Shown here in pieces: positions 24,190-36,664 of a stretch of DNA of 64,000 nucleotides. Origin of the DNA: Mobula hypostoma (lineage: Eukaryota); the NCBI RefSeq assembly GCF_963921235.1, contig NC_086097.1, forward strand, positions 23,810,001 through 23,874,000, in the 5' to 3' direction. Below the pieces are notes generated by a model. It saw nothing but the letters and a program-made list of their open reading frames with translations. It did not search any database and was not told the DNA's origin. Position 1 is the stretch's first letter. Each line of letters opens with the position of its first letter. The translations under genes and the position numbers were made by a program.

Positions 24190-24756
24190 CACTCTGAAGC
24201 CACTTTATTAAGTACCTCTTGTACCTAATAAAGTAGCCTCTGAGTTTATTTTCATGCTCTTCTGCTGTTGTAGCCCATCCACTTCAAAGTTTGACATGCT
24301 GAGCATTCAGAGATGCTCTTCTGCACACCACTGATGTAACACGTAGTTATTTGAGTTACTGTCACCTTCCTGTCACTTTGAACCAGTCTGGCTATTCTTC
24401 CCTGGCCTCTCTCATTAACAAGGTGATTTTTCCCACAGAACTACTGGTCAATGGATGTTTCTTGTTTTTCACACTATTCTCTGTAAACTCTGGAGACTAT
24501 TGTGCATGAAACCCAGGGAGATCAGCACTTCTGAGATACTCAAACCACATAATCTGACACCAACAATCATTCCACAGTCAAATTCACTTAGGTCACATTT
24601 CTTCCACACTTTAACGTTTGGCCTAAACAGCAACTGAACTTCTTGACTGTGTTTGCATGCTTTTATGCATTGAGTTTTTGCCACATGATTGGTTGATGAA
24701 ATATTTGCGTTAACGAGCAGCTATACAGGTGTACCTAATAAAGTGGCCATTGGGTA
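24190..24756 (-). mobile_element. Non-autonomous Tc1-like transposon with three TIR copies and TA TSD
   Basis: TIRs gccactttatta(g)gtac / gtacctaataaagtggcc; transposase N-terminus KKCDLSEFDCGMIVG....LSISE...LGF; TA at 24188-89 and 24757-58 inside a Rex tail. Confidence 0.88.
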
Positions 24757-25429
24757 TATGTCAGAGATAATTCTGATTTTGGCTCTATAAGCAAAATACT
24801 AACTTAGAGAATTATCCCCAATAAAAGGTGTGTGATCATGTTGCTGCCATTAAACAGATTACCCAATTATCGATAAGTAGGATCTTGCTTTTCAAGGTAG
24901 CAGGTTTCCCATTCCTGGCATTACCTAGTACTTAGATCATTTGTTGTACCGCTCTCAATTCTTTTGCACCTTTTGTTTTATAATGAGAGGATGGACTGAT
25001 GTTCACTGTGATATGTCAAAATACTTTGTTAAAATAGAGGTTTGGCAGAGCCTTACTATTTCATGCATTTCTTAGGGCAAAGAAGGCATTAGTTGACCTA
25101 TCTATGCTAGTTCTAATGCATTCTCCATGATTCCCTTCCATCAGATTCCTTTGCAACCTCATCTCTCTGACATCCCCATCAACTCCACCCGATGCTTCAT
25201 CACTCTTCTATAATAGGGTCAACTTGTCAGAGTCAGTGAACCTACCACTGTACGAATAGTGCGCAAGAGTAATCTTTTCACTGTATAGAATATAGAACAT
25301 CACAGCACAGTCATGGGATGTGTGTAAACCAGAGCAGCAAAGGAGAACCAATGAGATCACAAGGAGAAAACAAGCAGCAACTGGGGTCAGCAATAGTGTT
25401 CGCATGGCTACCGGTATATTATTGTAACA

Positions 25430-25735
25430 TGTACAAGATGCTAATACCAGGCGTATACTTGGAAGGTGATTGGAGGAAAGTATAGCGGAGGATATCAAAG
25501 GTAAGTTTTTTTAACACAGGGAACGCTGGGTGCGTGAAAGGCACTGCTAGGGATGATTGTAGAGTTAGATACATCTGGTACATTTAAGAGAATCTAAGAA
25601 ATTCACATAGATGACAGAAGAATGGAGGGCTATGTGGGAGGGAAGGATTAGATAGATCTTAGATTAAATGAAAGTGTTGGCACAGCACCGTGGGCTGAAG
25701 GGCTGGTACTGTGCAGTGATGTTCTACATTCTATA
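25430..25735 (+). mobile_element. CR1-like LINE 3' end
   Basis: Sense counterpart of 4540-4800 (ggctatgtgggagggaagg...ggcacagcaccgtgggctgaagggc...gttctacattcta). Confidence 0.8.
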
Positions 25736-25784
25736 CAGTGAAATGGTTTGTCTTGCGCACTGTTCATACAGATCAAATGATGAT

Positions 25785-26395
25785 CAACTAGCTGGAGCGT
25801 TCAATGAGATCTTTAACCTCTCATTGGCTGTCTAAGGGAGCCACCTGCTTCCATCGGGCTTCAATCATACGGGTGCCAAAGAAGGACATGTTGACCTGCT
25901 TCAATAACTATCAGCCAGTAGAACTTGCATCCACAGAGATGAAGTGCTTTGAGAGGCTGGTGCTGAACCATATCAACCCCTGCCTGTGAAGTGACTTAGA
26001 TCCACTCTAGTCTGCCAACTGGCACAACAGGTCCACAGCAGTTATTACCTCGCAACCATCAGGCTCTTGAACCAGAGAAGATAACTTCACTCAGTTTCAC
26101 TCACCACATCACCAAACTGTTCCACAACCTGTGAATTCACTTTCAAGGGCTCTTCATCGCATGTTGTCAATATTTATTGCTTACTTACTTATCTATATAT
26201 CTATTTTTATTTGTTTGTTTGTTTGTTTGTTTATTTCACACTGGTTGTCTACCTTGTTGGTGCATCTTTCATTGGTTCTATTATGGTGACTGGATTTATT
26301 GAGTATACCCACAAGAAAATGAATATATACTCTACGTGTACAGTATGTGGTGACATATACCTACTTTGGTAAAAAACTTACTTTGAGCTTTGAAA
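25785..26395 (+). mobile_element. Rex1-like LINE, internally deleted (RT start joined to 3' UTR)
   Basis: TCFHRASIIRVPKK..LTCFNNYQPVELAS..MKCFERLVL, then a jump to the 3' tail near 26040. Confidence 0.8.
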
Positions 26396-26867
26396 TCATT
26401 ACAGACAGCATTGAGGTACTGCAAGGTAAAATAATAACAATGCACTGTAGAATAAAGTTTAAAAGCTGCAAAGTGCAGTACAGTAAGCAACAAAGTGCTA
26501 GGTCACAATGAGGTAGATTGTGAAGTCAAAGGTCTATCTTATTGTACAAGACGTCCATTCATCAATGCTGTGTGTCATCAACGTGACATTGAACACAGAT
26601 CACTGGAAACGTGTGACCGCAGCACTACCTCACCATAGCCAGTTCCACCTTCAAAAGACGGAGACTATAAATTGGCTCTCAACTGCTGGAAAAACAATTT
26701 TGAGACTTCACTGCTATAATGACCAACTTGAGCGTGTCATTTTCCACTAAGTCGTAAATATATTCTTTCAAGTGGCAGCAGTCTGCTCTGTATTCACTAA
26801 TGGCTGGCTCTGTGAGCGAGGAGTAGGGAAAGGCATGTAAATCTTTCATCCCCTGGAAGCAGAATAT

Positions 26868-27250
26868 AAGACCATAAGACAATAAGACCTAGGAGCAGAA
26901 TTAATCTATTCAGCCCATTGATTCTGCTCTGCAATCGACAATCATGCCTGATTCATTATCCCTTTCAACACCCATCGCCTATTCTCCTGCCTTCTTCCCG
27001 TAACGCTTTACAATCTTACTAATCAACAACATATCAACCTTTGCTTTAAATACGTCCAAGGACGGACTCCACAGTCATCTGTGGCAATGAATTCCACAGA
27101 TTCACCATCATCAGGCTAAAGAAGTTCCACCTCTTCTCAGTACTAAAGGGATGTCCTTCTATTCTGAGGCTGTGCAGCCTAATCCTGACTCTTCCGTAAT
27201 TGGAAACATCCTCTCCATGTCCATTCTATATAGGCCTAATCAGTAGGTTC
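26868..27250 (-). mobile_element. CR1-like LINE 3' end
   Basis: (ataagacc)n tail and ggcaatgaattccacagattcacc (antisense of VNLWNSLP). Confidence 0.8.
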
Positions 27251-27264
27251 AAATAAAACCGCCC

Positions 27265-28032
27265 TTTGTGGACTTCAGGAAGGGTAAGACGAAGGAACAC
27301 ATACCAATCCTCATAGAGGGATCAGAAGTGGAGAGAGTGAGCAGCTTCAAGTTCCTGGGTGTCAAACTCTCTGAGGATCTAACCTGGTCCCAACACATTG
27401 ATGTAGTCATAAAGAAGGCAAGACAGCGGTTATACTTTATTTGGAGTTTGAAGAGATTTGGTATGTCAACAAATACACACAAAAACTTCCATAGATGTAC
27501 CGTGGAGAGCATTCTGACAGGCTGCATCACTGTCTGGTGTGGAGGGGCTACTGCACAGGACCGAAAGAAGCTGCAGAAGGTTGTAAATGTAGTCATCTCC
27601 ATCTTGGGCACTAACCTATAAAGTACCCAGGACATCTTTAGGGAGCGGTGTCTCAGAAAGGCAGCGTCCATTATTAAAGACCTCCAGCACCCAGGGCATG
27701 CCCTTTTCTCACTGTTACCATCAGGTAGGAGGTACAGAAGCCTGAAGGTACACACTCAGCGATTCAGGAACAGCTTCTTCCCCTCTGCCGTCTGATTCCT
27801 GAATGAACTTTGAAGCTTTGGACACTACTTTTTTTAATATACAGTATTTCTGTTTTTGCACATTTTTAAAGTCTATTCAATATACATAATTGATTACTTG
27901 CTTATTTATTATTATGTTTTATTTATTATTTTTTTCCCTCTCTGCTAGATTATGTATTGCATTGAACTGCTGCTGCTAAGTTAACAAATTTCACATCACA
28001 TGCCGGTGATAATAAACCTGATTCTGATTCTA
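27265..28032 (+). mobile_element. Rex1/Babar-like LINE 3' part
   Basis: ORF 27268..27621 DFRK...VERVSSFKFLGV.LSEDLTWSQH...KKARQRLYF...ESILTGCITVW; aataaacctgattctgattct tail. Confidence 0.92.
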
Positions 28033-28094
28033 CTTCTGAACACTGGCATAGGTAGATAAGAGTCGTAAAGAAAGCTTTGTCACATAGGCCTTCA

Positions 28095-29010
28095 TTCTCC
28101 ACAGTTTCCATCATCTTCAATGGGATTCTATCCCAAAACACATATTTATCTCCTCCCAATCTCGGCTTTCTACAAGGATCGTTTCTTCCATGATTCCCTT
28201 ATCCATTCATCTCTCCTCAGTAATCTCCCTTCTGGCGTGTTTCCCTGCAAGCAACAGGAATTCTACATCTTCCGATTCACCTCCATTCAGGGTTCCTGAC
28301 GATCCTTCCGGGTGAGCTACGCTTCATCTGTGAATCTCTTTGGGTTGTCTACTGTATACGGCGCTCCCGATGCAGCTGCCTCTATATTGATGAAAAAGGA
28401 TGTAATTTGAAGGGCTGCTTTACTAAATACCTCAACTCCATCCACAATAAGTGAAATTCCTCAGTGATCAACCATTTTAATTCCTATCTTCATTCCCATT
28501 TCAAAATGTCGGTCTATGGCCACCTCTCTGCCATGATACGGCTACTCGTAGGGTGCAGGAACAACAACCCATATAACATCTAGGTAGCTTCTAACCTGAA
28601 AGCATCAACATCAATTTCCCTTTCTGGTAATTTTTTCCCTCCCCCTTCTCTCTTTTTCTCATCCCCACTCTGGTCTTTTACCTCCACTCTTCACCTGCCC
28701 ATCACTTCCCCCCATGTGCCCCTTTCTTCAATGGTCCACTCTGCTTTCTGATCAGATTCCTTCTTCTCCAGCTCTTTACCTTTTTTTACTTATAACCTCG
28801 CGACTTCTTACTTCAAGACCCTCCCCCTCGCACTTGGTTTCACCTATCACCTTTCCCCCTACCCCCCACCTTTTTATTCTGGCATCTCCACCCCCCCCAC
28901 CCCTTCCTTTCCTGTCCTGACAAAAGGTCTTGGCCCACAAAGTTGATTGTTTATTCATTTCCATAAATGTTGCCAGACCTGCTGAGTTCCTCTAGCATTT
29001 TCTGTGTATA
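28095..29010 (+). mobile_element. Older PLE fragment: GIY-YIG region, 3' terminus and decayed hammerhead
   Basis: Colinear with 12725-13275 and 14120-14470; gtcctgacaaaaggtcttggccc at about 28914. Confidence 0.8.
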
Positions 29011-29164
29011 TCAGTAATGGTGTTTCCCATCCTATAAGCCTTTGTCTTACTGATACCATATCAGTATATGATATTGTCTATTGTACATGGTGCTCCCGAT
29101 GCAGCTGCCTCTACATTGATGAGAAAGGATGTAAACTGAGGGGTCAAAGAGAATGTAGGACGGT

Positions 29165-29880
29165 TAAGAGAGATTCTTGACAATGCTAAGTGCACTACGT
29201 ATGCAGCACTCTTGATTAAGTGAAGGGTGGAAGAGAGACCCCAATGATTTTCTCAGCAATTCTTTGTCAGGTCTTACAGTCATATGCCTTACAATCATCA
29301 TACCAAAGTGTTGATCAGTACACTTCCAATGGTGCTCCTGTAAACATTGGTTAGAATGGGGGGGGGGAGACGAGGGAGGTGGGGAGGAAGCCTTGTTCAC
29401 CTCCATCTCCTTAGGAAGTGGAGATGCTGCTGTGCTTTCCTGACTGTAGAGGTAGTGTTGATGGGTCAGGTGAGATTGTCTATTACGTGCCCTCCCAAAA
29501 ACCTAGTGCTCCTAACTCTCTTCCATGATGACGTCATTTATTTACAGTGAAGAGTGGCAAACCTGTACTTTCCGAAAGTCTCCAATCCTCTCTTTGGTCT
29601 TGTAGACATTGAGACTCAAACTATCGTGTATGCGCCATTCTACAAGCCACTCTACCTCCTCTCTCTATGCCATCTTGTTCTCATTGTCAGCGAGGTCAAG
29701 CACTGTCATGTCTTCCGCGAACTTAATGATTCAGTTGGGGATGGATCTAACAGTGCAGTCAAGTGTCAGCAGTGTGAACAGCGGTAGGCTGAGCATGCAG
29801 CCCTGGTGGGCGCCTGTGCTTAGCATGATGGAGCTAGAGATGTTGCTGCCAACACAAACTCAACTGTGGTCTTTCAATTA
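29165..29880 (-). mobile_element. Rex1-like LINE RT/3' fragment, decayed
   Basis: Antisense of ISSSIMLSTGAHQGCMLS.LLFTLLT.DC....KFAEDMTVLDL. Confidence 0.8.
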
Positions 29881-29919
29881 ACCTCTGATTTCCAATCTGA
29901 TGCACAGCAGTAGAATTAT

Positions 29920-30090
29920 TTTCAATTTCCTGTCCAATATTTATTTCTCAGCCAACCCCACCAGAAGAGATCTTCTGGTCATTATTGCCTTGAAGTTTGT
30001 GGGAGCATGCTTTGTGTAAGTTGCTGTTACATTACAACAGGGACGACAAATCAAGGTGTTTATCCAGCAGCTGAGAAGTGATTTCTATCC
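29920..30090 (+). mobile_element. Ancient DeuSINE (SacSINE1-like) remnant
   Basis: ccaatatttat..ctca.ccaac...tctggtcattatt....tg..gtttgtgggagc.tgct...tacattacaacag resembles the Deu domain; recognised from memory only. Confidence 0.55.
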
Positions 30091-30179
30091 TGTGGCTTTC
30101 AAAACTGGATTTAGGAAAGGGGAAAATATGTTCTGTACCACAGAATCTTATAGAAGCATCTGCTGAATCTCTTGTTATG

Positions 30180-30805
30180 GAGTCATAGAAAAGTACAACA
30201 CAGAAACAGGTCCTTCAGCCCATCTCATTTATGCCAAACCATTTAAATGGCCTACTCCCATCAATCTGCGCTGGGATCACAGCCCTTCATCCCTCTACCA
30301 TCTAAATTGTACCTATCTAAACTCTTAAACATTGAAATCGTGCTTGCGCGCACCACTTGTGCTGGCAGCTTTTTTCACACTCTTACGACACTCCGAGTGT
30401 TTCCCCTCATTTTCCCCTTAAATGTTTCACCTTTTACCCTTAACTCAGGACCTCTGGTTGTAGTCCCACCTAACCTCAGTGGAAAAAAGCCTGCTAGCAT
30501 TTACTCTATCTATATCCCTCATATTTTTGTGTACCTACCTCTATTAACTCTCCTCTCAATCTTCTACATTCCAGAGAATACAATGCTAACCTATTCAATC
30601 TTTCATTTTAACTCAGTTTCTCCAGGCCAGGCAACATCTTTGTATTCTTTCAACCTTATTTACATCTTTCCTGTAGGTAGATGACCAAAACTACACACAA
30701 CACTCCAAATTAGGCCTCACCAACATCTTATACAATTTTAACATAAAATCCCATCTTTTGTACTCAATACTTTGATTTATGAAGGCCAATGTGCCCAAAG
30801 CTTAT
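30180..30805 (-). mobile_element. CR1-like LINE 3' fragment
   Basis: gaccaaaactacacacaacactccaaattaggcctcaccaac (antisense of LVRPNLE.CV.FW); same subfamily as 59290-60287. Confidence 0.8.
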
Positions 30806-30979
30806 AAGAGCAGGCCATTTGCTCCATCATGTTTGTGCTACCACTTTGAAAAAAGCATCCAGATAGACCTTTGCAGTCTGCTGTTTCTGCATTGCCCTGA
30901 AAACATTTGTCCCTTCTGACGTTCATTCAATTCTCTTTTCTATGATTTGAAGCCTTCTCACATTTGGGCAGTATCCTGA

Positions 30980-31465
30980 TGTCAAAGTTCAAAGTAAATT
31001 TATTAACAAAGTACATATATGTCACCGTGTACAACCCTGAGATTCATTTTCTTGTGGGCAATCACAGTAAATTCAAGAAACACGATATGTACAGTTAGTT
31101 ACAATGAAAGACTGCACCCAACAAATAATGTGAAAAAAAAACAAAAGGAAAGAGAAATAAAGAAATAATAATAATAACTATCAAGCAATAAATATCAAGA
31201 TGAGATGAAGAGTCCTTGAAAGTGAGTCCGGTGTAATGGGAACAGTTCAGCGATGGAGCAAGTGAAGTTGAGGGAAGTTAGCCACTTTCTTCAAGAGCCC
31301 GATGGTTGAGGGGTAATTACTGTTCCTAAACCTGGTGGCGTGGGGTCTGAGGCTCTTATATCTCTTCCTGGTGAAAGCAGCAAGAGCGAGGCCTGGATAT
31401 TTGGGGGTCCTTGATGACGGATGCTGCTTTCCTGCGACAGCACTCCATGAGAATGTGCTCAGTGG
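30980..31465 (-). mobile_element. Rex1-like 3' fragment
   Basis: EHILMECCRRKAASVIKDP and ctttgaactttga tail. Confidence 0.85.
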
Positions 31466-31577
31466 TGTTATGTTCTAAATATCTCCCGAGACCTGCCTTT
31501 GATGAAAAGGGAACCTGACAGACACTTAAGTTCAGAAGCAGAAAAGACTGAACATTGAAAAGAACAGCTCTTTCAGG

Positions 31578-31910
31578 CAGCAATGTGGCATAGCAGTTAG
31601 CACATTCTTTTACAGCACCAGCGATCACTGATCGGGACTCAGTTCCCTCTGCGGCCTGTGCAGAGTTTCTGTGCTCTCCCTGTGACTGTGTGGGTTTCCT
31701 CTAGTTGCTCTGGTTTCCTCCCATATTCCAAAAGCATACAGTTAGAACAAGAGAGTTGCAGGAACGCTATCTTCATGTCAGAAGCAGGGCAACACTTGCA
31801 GGCTGCCCAGCACAATCCTCACTGATTTAATTTGATGCAAACAACGTGTTTCACTGTGTGGTTTGATGTTTTGACGTCTATGTGAGAAATAAAGCTAATC
31901 TATTCTTTAA
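31578..31910 (+). mobile_element. V-SINE-like element
   Basis: gtggcatagcagttag A-box; ctccctgtgactgtgtgggtttcctct.g.tgctctggtttcctcccatattccaaa V-domain. Confidence 0.8.
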
Positions 31911-32589
31911 ATCTTGAGAAAACCATTGCAGACAGAGAGAAGTCGCTCCACAAACTGATCACCTTGTCAATGCTTGGCTTCTCACATTAAAGGAGGCTGT
32001 ATGAGAGTTAATTGAAATGTTTGATTGCCAGACAGAGTAGATGGTGAGACACTATTCCCGCTGCTTAGAGAGATTAAGAACCAGAAAATGTAACCATTCA
32101 TTCGAGGGAATGTGGGCTTCGCAGGCCAAACCAGCATTCAGTTGCCCATCCCTGTTTGCTGTTGAGAAGGTGCCTTCTGAATCTACTGCAGACCTTGTGG
32201 TGTGGGCATTCTGTTAGGGAGGGAGTTCCAGCATTTTGACCCAGTGACAGTGAAAAAACAGCCACATTTTTCTGAGTCAGGATGGTGTATGGTTCAGAGG
32301 GCAACTTCCACATGTCCCCATAGTTTTGTGACCCTACTTTTCCCAGGGGTTAGAGATGTGGGTTTGGAAGGAGATGTCTAAGGAGACTTGGTGTATCCTG
32401 TAATAATGAAAACTGCTCCTGCTGCAAGTCGTTGGTGCACTGACTGAATGGTTGTGGATGGGATGACTCCCGACCACCTCATCAAGCATAGACCAAGCAC
32501 CGATGCTTGACCAAGCATAGATCAAGTGCACTGTATGTCATATGTTGTGTTGGGTTCCTTGAGTGGTGCTGACGCTGCAGTTACCCAAG

Positions 32590-33390
32590 TTAAGTTCAAA
32601 GTTCAAATAAGTTTATTATCAAAGTACATATATGTTACCATATGCAGCCTTGAGGTTTATGTTTTTGCAAGCATTCATGATAAAACAAAGAAATTCAACA
32701 GAATCGTTGAAAAACTAAACCCAACAGAAGACTAAAAACAACTAGTGTGCAAAAGAAGACAATCTGTGCAAATACACAAATAATAAATAAATGAACAAAC
32801 AAATAATATTGAGAGCACAAGCTGTAGACTCCTTGAAGGTGAGTCTATAGGTTGGGGATTCAGTTCAGAGTTGGAGTGAGTGAAGTTATCCACGTTGGTT
32901 CAGGGGTCCTGATGGTTGAAGGGGTAATAACTGTCTCTGAAACCTGGTGGTGTGTGACTTAAGGCTCCTGCACTCCTTCCCAATGGCAGCAGTGAGAAGA
33001 GAGCCTGGTCTGTGTGGTGAGGGTGGGGGGGGGTGGTCCCTGATGAAGGATGCTGCTTTTTGGGGCAGAGCTCCATGTAAATGTATCGATAGTGGTGAGG
33101 ACTTGTCCTGTGATGGATTGGGTTGAATTCAGAACTTTAGTGTGCAGGCTTTTCCATTCTTGAGTATTGATGTTTCTATACCAGACTGTGATGCTACCAG
33201 TCAGGATACAGTTCATTGTACAACAATAGAATTCTGTCAGATTTTCAGATGACATGCCAAATCTGTGCAAACTTCCAAGAAAGTAGAGGCGTTGTGATAC
33301 CTTCTTTGAAATGGTACTTTTGTGCTGGTCCCAGGATAGATCCACTAATAGGCAAAGGAATTTAAAGTTACTGACCCTCCACCTCGGATC
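32590..33390 (-). mobile_element. Rex1-like LINE 3' fragment
   Basis: ORF 32959..33345 DLSWDQH...KKVSQRLYFL.SL.RFGMS...ILTGSITVWY. Confidence 0.88.
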
Positions 33391-33434
33391 GAAAGATTAG
33401 TCATTTAGGTCCAAGAAACAAAATCTCTTCATAG

Positions 33435-33920
33435 ATTCAAAGTACATATATTATCAAAGTATGTAGGCAGTGTACAACCCTAAGATTTATCTTCCTGCAG
33501 GCAGCCACAAAACAAAGGAACACCACACAGAAACGACCCAAAGAAAACATCAAACATCCAACGCGCAAAAAAGGAGCAAATTGTTTAAACTGCAAAAAAA
33601 ATGAGCGAGTAACACACAGGATCTTAAACATCAAACTGCAGACTCCTTGAACTGGTCTTGCAGTGTGCAGGTTAGTTCAGTTCAGTTCAACTTAGTGTTG
33701 TATCATTCATTGGCTGCAGATTGCAGAGCCTGTCCGTGTTGAAGTGCCCTGATCTAAACCATGCAAAATAAAAATAAAAAGAGTAACCCGAAACCGGAAG
33801 ATCATGCAGCGTGAAGCGAAGAGTCACCTAAGACGCGTCCAATCCACAATCCACACTGATCAAACCTTGCCCAAGTTCCTAGACTCGTGCACTTCCAGCA
33901 GCAGTGAGCAAGAGAGAGGG
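33435..33920 (-). mobile_element. Non-autonomous Rex1-tailed retroposon (sister copy at 46905-47335)
   Basis: Both copies share caaagtac..attatcaaagtatg...aaacatcaa..gcagagtccttgaa...ctgatcaaaccttgc and have no coding capacity. Confidence 0.65.
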
Positions 33921-34534
33921 AGAATGTATTTGGTCTTTGAGAACATTCAAGGTGTGTTCAGCAGCTCTTTGGACATTAAGAGAATCAAAGCACAGTATAT
34001 TGGAACTAACAGCAAAGTGGATTCAAGAGCCTGTATAATCTATTCCCACTTCCATTTCTTATGAAACCAGATTAAGAAACACAAAGGTGGTCCCAAGATT
34101 AACTAGAGTAGTGGGTGGTGTGGGCTGGAAAGGCCATGCCACATATTTTGACTCTATCTCTTGTACTCCTTGAAATATTCCATTCCCAGCATTGGTATTG
34201 CTCATCATAGCACAACTACTTATTAAAATATGTAGAAAGATGTTCCGTCCTGTGGCTGAGTTTATGTAAGACAAGCTCACAGCAGGGTTTATTACTGGTC
34301 TTGGAATAAATTGCATTATCAGGTCTCCAGTCTGCCATGTTGTAATCTATCAATTTGATTTCAGTGAGAACTCAGTTGAATTTTTTAGCGACTCTTAAGT
34401 GCTTTAAAGCTGTCTGAGGAAAAAAATTTAATCTCATGGAAGTTCAGCACAGAATTCTGCATTATAACAAATTATTTTGGGCACCAATTCTTAGAGGAAC
34501 CTTCCAATCAAAGAAAGGAGTGTGTATATCATTC

Positions 34535-35415
34535 CAAGATACAAAATTCAAGAATGTTGAATGTCATCTCTAGCACACAAGTGTAAAGGAGAACTAAATA
34601 ATTGTTACTTAGATCCAGTGCAGCACAAAAAAAACACAATAAGATAGAGAACATTAATAAAAAAATAATAAATATATATACATAAAATAGCTTATATACT
34701 GCACATTGATTGTTTTCCTATAAAGATACACTAGGCAAAAGAGCGTCTGGACATAAGGTAACTCTAACATGGGAAACAAAAAATTTGTGGTGGAGCGGGT
34801 GAAGGGGTGAGTTAATGGCTAGAGGTGTTGATCAGCCTTACTGCTTGGGGAAAGGTAACTGCTTTTGAGTCTAGCATTCCTAGCTTGGATGCTACATAAT
34901 CTTCTCCATGGTGAGAGTGGTATAAATAGTCCATGAGCAGGGTGGGTGGGATCCTTTGTGATACTGCTGGACTTTTTCTGAGGCCTTTCCGTATATATGT
35001 CCTTGATGGTGGGTAAGCTGGTGCCAGTGATGCATTGGCTGTTTTGACTACCCTTTGCAGAACCTTCCTGCCCACTGTAGTGCAGTTTCCATACCAAGCA
35101 GTGGTGCAGCTTGTTAGGATGTTCTGCGCTGCGCTGCTGTAGAAGGATGAGAGTACTGAAGGAAGAGCTTTCTCGACTGTGTAGGATGTGTTCTGGACCA
35201 TGACAGATAGTGCAAGATGTGCACGCTGAGGATTTTGAAACTGTTTCACAGTCTCCACTAATGTAACACTGATATAAGGAGGGATGTGGATGGTGAGAGT
35301 TCTTCTGAAGTTCATAACCATCTCTTTTGTTGACATTGAGGAAGAGGTTATTTGCCTGGCACCAGGCCATGAGCTGTTCCACCTCCTCTGTGTTGGCCCT
35401 CTCATTGTTCATCCC
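34535..35415 (-). mobile_element. Rex1-like LINE 3' part
   Basis: EVEQLMAWCQANNLFLNV, ILTSCTTAWYGNCT...RKVLQRVVKTA, KDPTHPAHGLF.PL, FPQAVRLIN. Confidence 0.9.
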
Positions 35416-35949
35416 CCACCTGAGCTGTTAGGGTCGTCATTGTGAGGTGTTGCTCGCAGGAGACCTAAGTACTCTAAATGTTGTTTGACAGAATAAATGT
35501 CATTATGTCCAAGTCTTCTCTGTCAATGTGGCAAAATAACCAATCTGGAACTTCCTTCAATCACACTTTGAGTTTGAAGACACAGTGCCCCCATCTTTGC
35601 TGCAGATGTCTTGACATTGGGTTCCAATGTTAGATATCTTTCTGCAAGTATTGGATGAGGGATCTAGTATTTTCTTGTCAATTTTCAAAGTATATTTCTT
35701 GCTTGTATTAATAAGAATAGAGGTTGTTTCAGTAAATATCTTCTCAACATGACTTATCTTTTCTTAACATTCACTTCAAAAACTGAGTTTGTTCTCCATC
35801 TCAAACTTGCTTTTCACTTCTCCAAAAAATGGTGATGAAAACCGGGATTTTTTTTGTCCATCCATGAGATGCTGACAATATTTCACACGTATTCCCCATC
35901 TCCAATGCCCACAGAGAAGGTGGTGGCAAGCTGCCTTATTGAACAGGTG

Positions 35950-36175
35950 ACAAACAAGAGAAAACCTGCAGATGCTGGAAATCCAAGTAACACACACAAA
36001 AATATGGAGGAACTCAGCAGGCCTGGCAGCATCTGTGGAAAAGTGCAAACTGTTGATGTTTCAGGCCGAGACCCTTCATCCTGACATAGGGCCTGGCCTG
36101 AAACGATGGTTATTTACTGTTTTTCACAGATGCTGCCTGGCCTCCTGATTTCCTCTACCATTTTGTGTGTGTTTA
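35950..36175. mobile_element. PLE-terminus fold-back element, axis inside the hammerhead core
   Basis: acacacacaaaa..tggaggaactcagcaggcc.ggcagcatctgtg is inverted as cacagatgctgcctggcc.cctga.ttcctc.a.cattttgtgtgtgt; centre cccttcatc|ctgacataggg at about 36080. Confidence 0.85.
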
Positions 36176-36664
36176 TTGAACAGGTATGGTCCGTGTGATC
36201 AAAGTCCATTGCACCGTGCTGTTTGGTAGGAAGTTTCCAGGTTTAGACATAATATTGAAGGAATGGCAATAAATTTTCAGCCCAAGATGGTGTCTGTTTT
36301 AGAGGAGAGCTCATTGTCCACATCCTTCCAGGTAGCGGAAATGCAAGTTGGGAGGTTCTGTCAAAGTAGTCTTCCCAGGTAACTCTAGAGCACATTGTAC
36401 TATTTGTGTGTTGGTAATGGAGGGAGTGAATGTAAAGAATGGATAATAGTGGGCTCTAATTTATAATTTAAATTTTTATTATATTTACTATCGATTTGTA
36501 CTCCAGGGAGCGCGAAGCGCAGAATCAAATATCTCTGAGATGATTGCACGCTCTAGTATCAATTGTTTGGCGACAATAAAGTAATAGTAATAATCTGGGA
36601 GTAAAATTATACCAAGCTTCTTGAATGACATTGAGTTTGTACTCACTTATTTGTGCGTAGAGTA

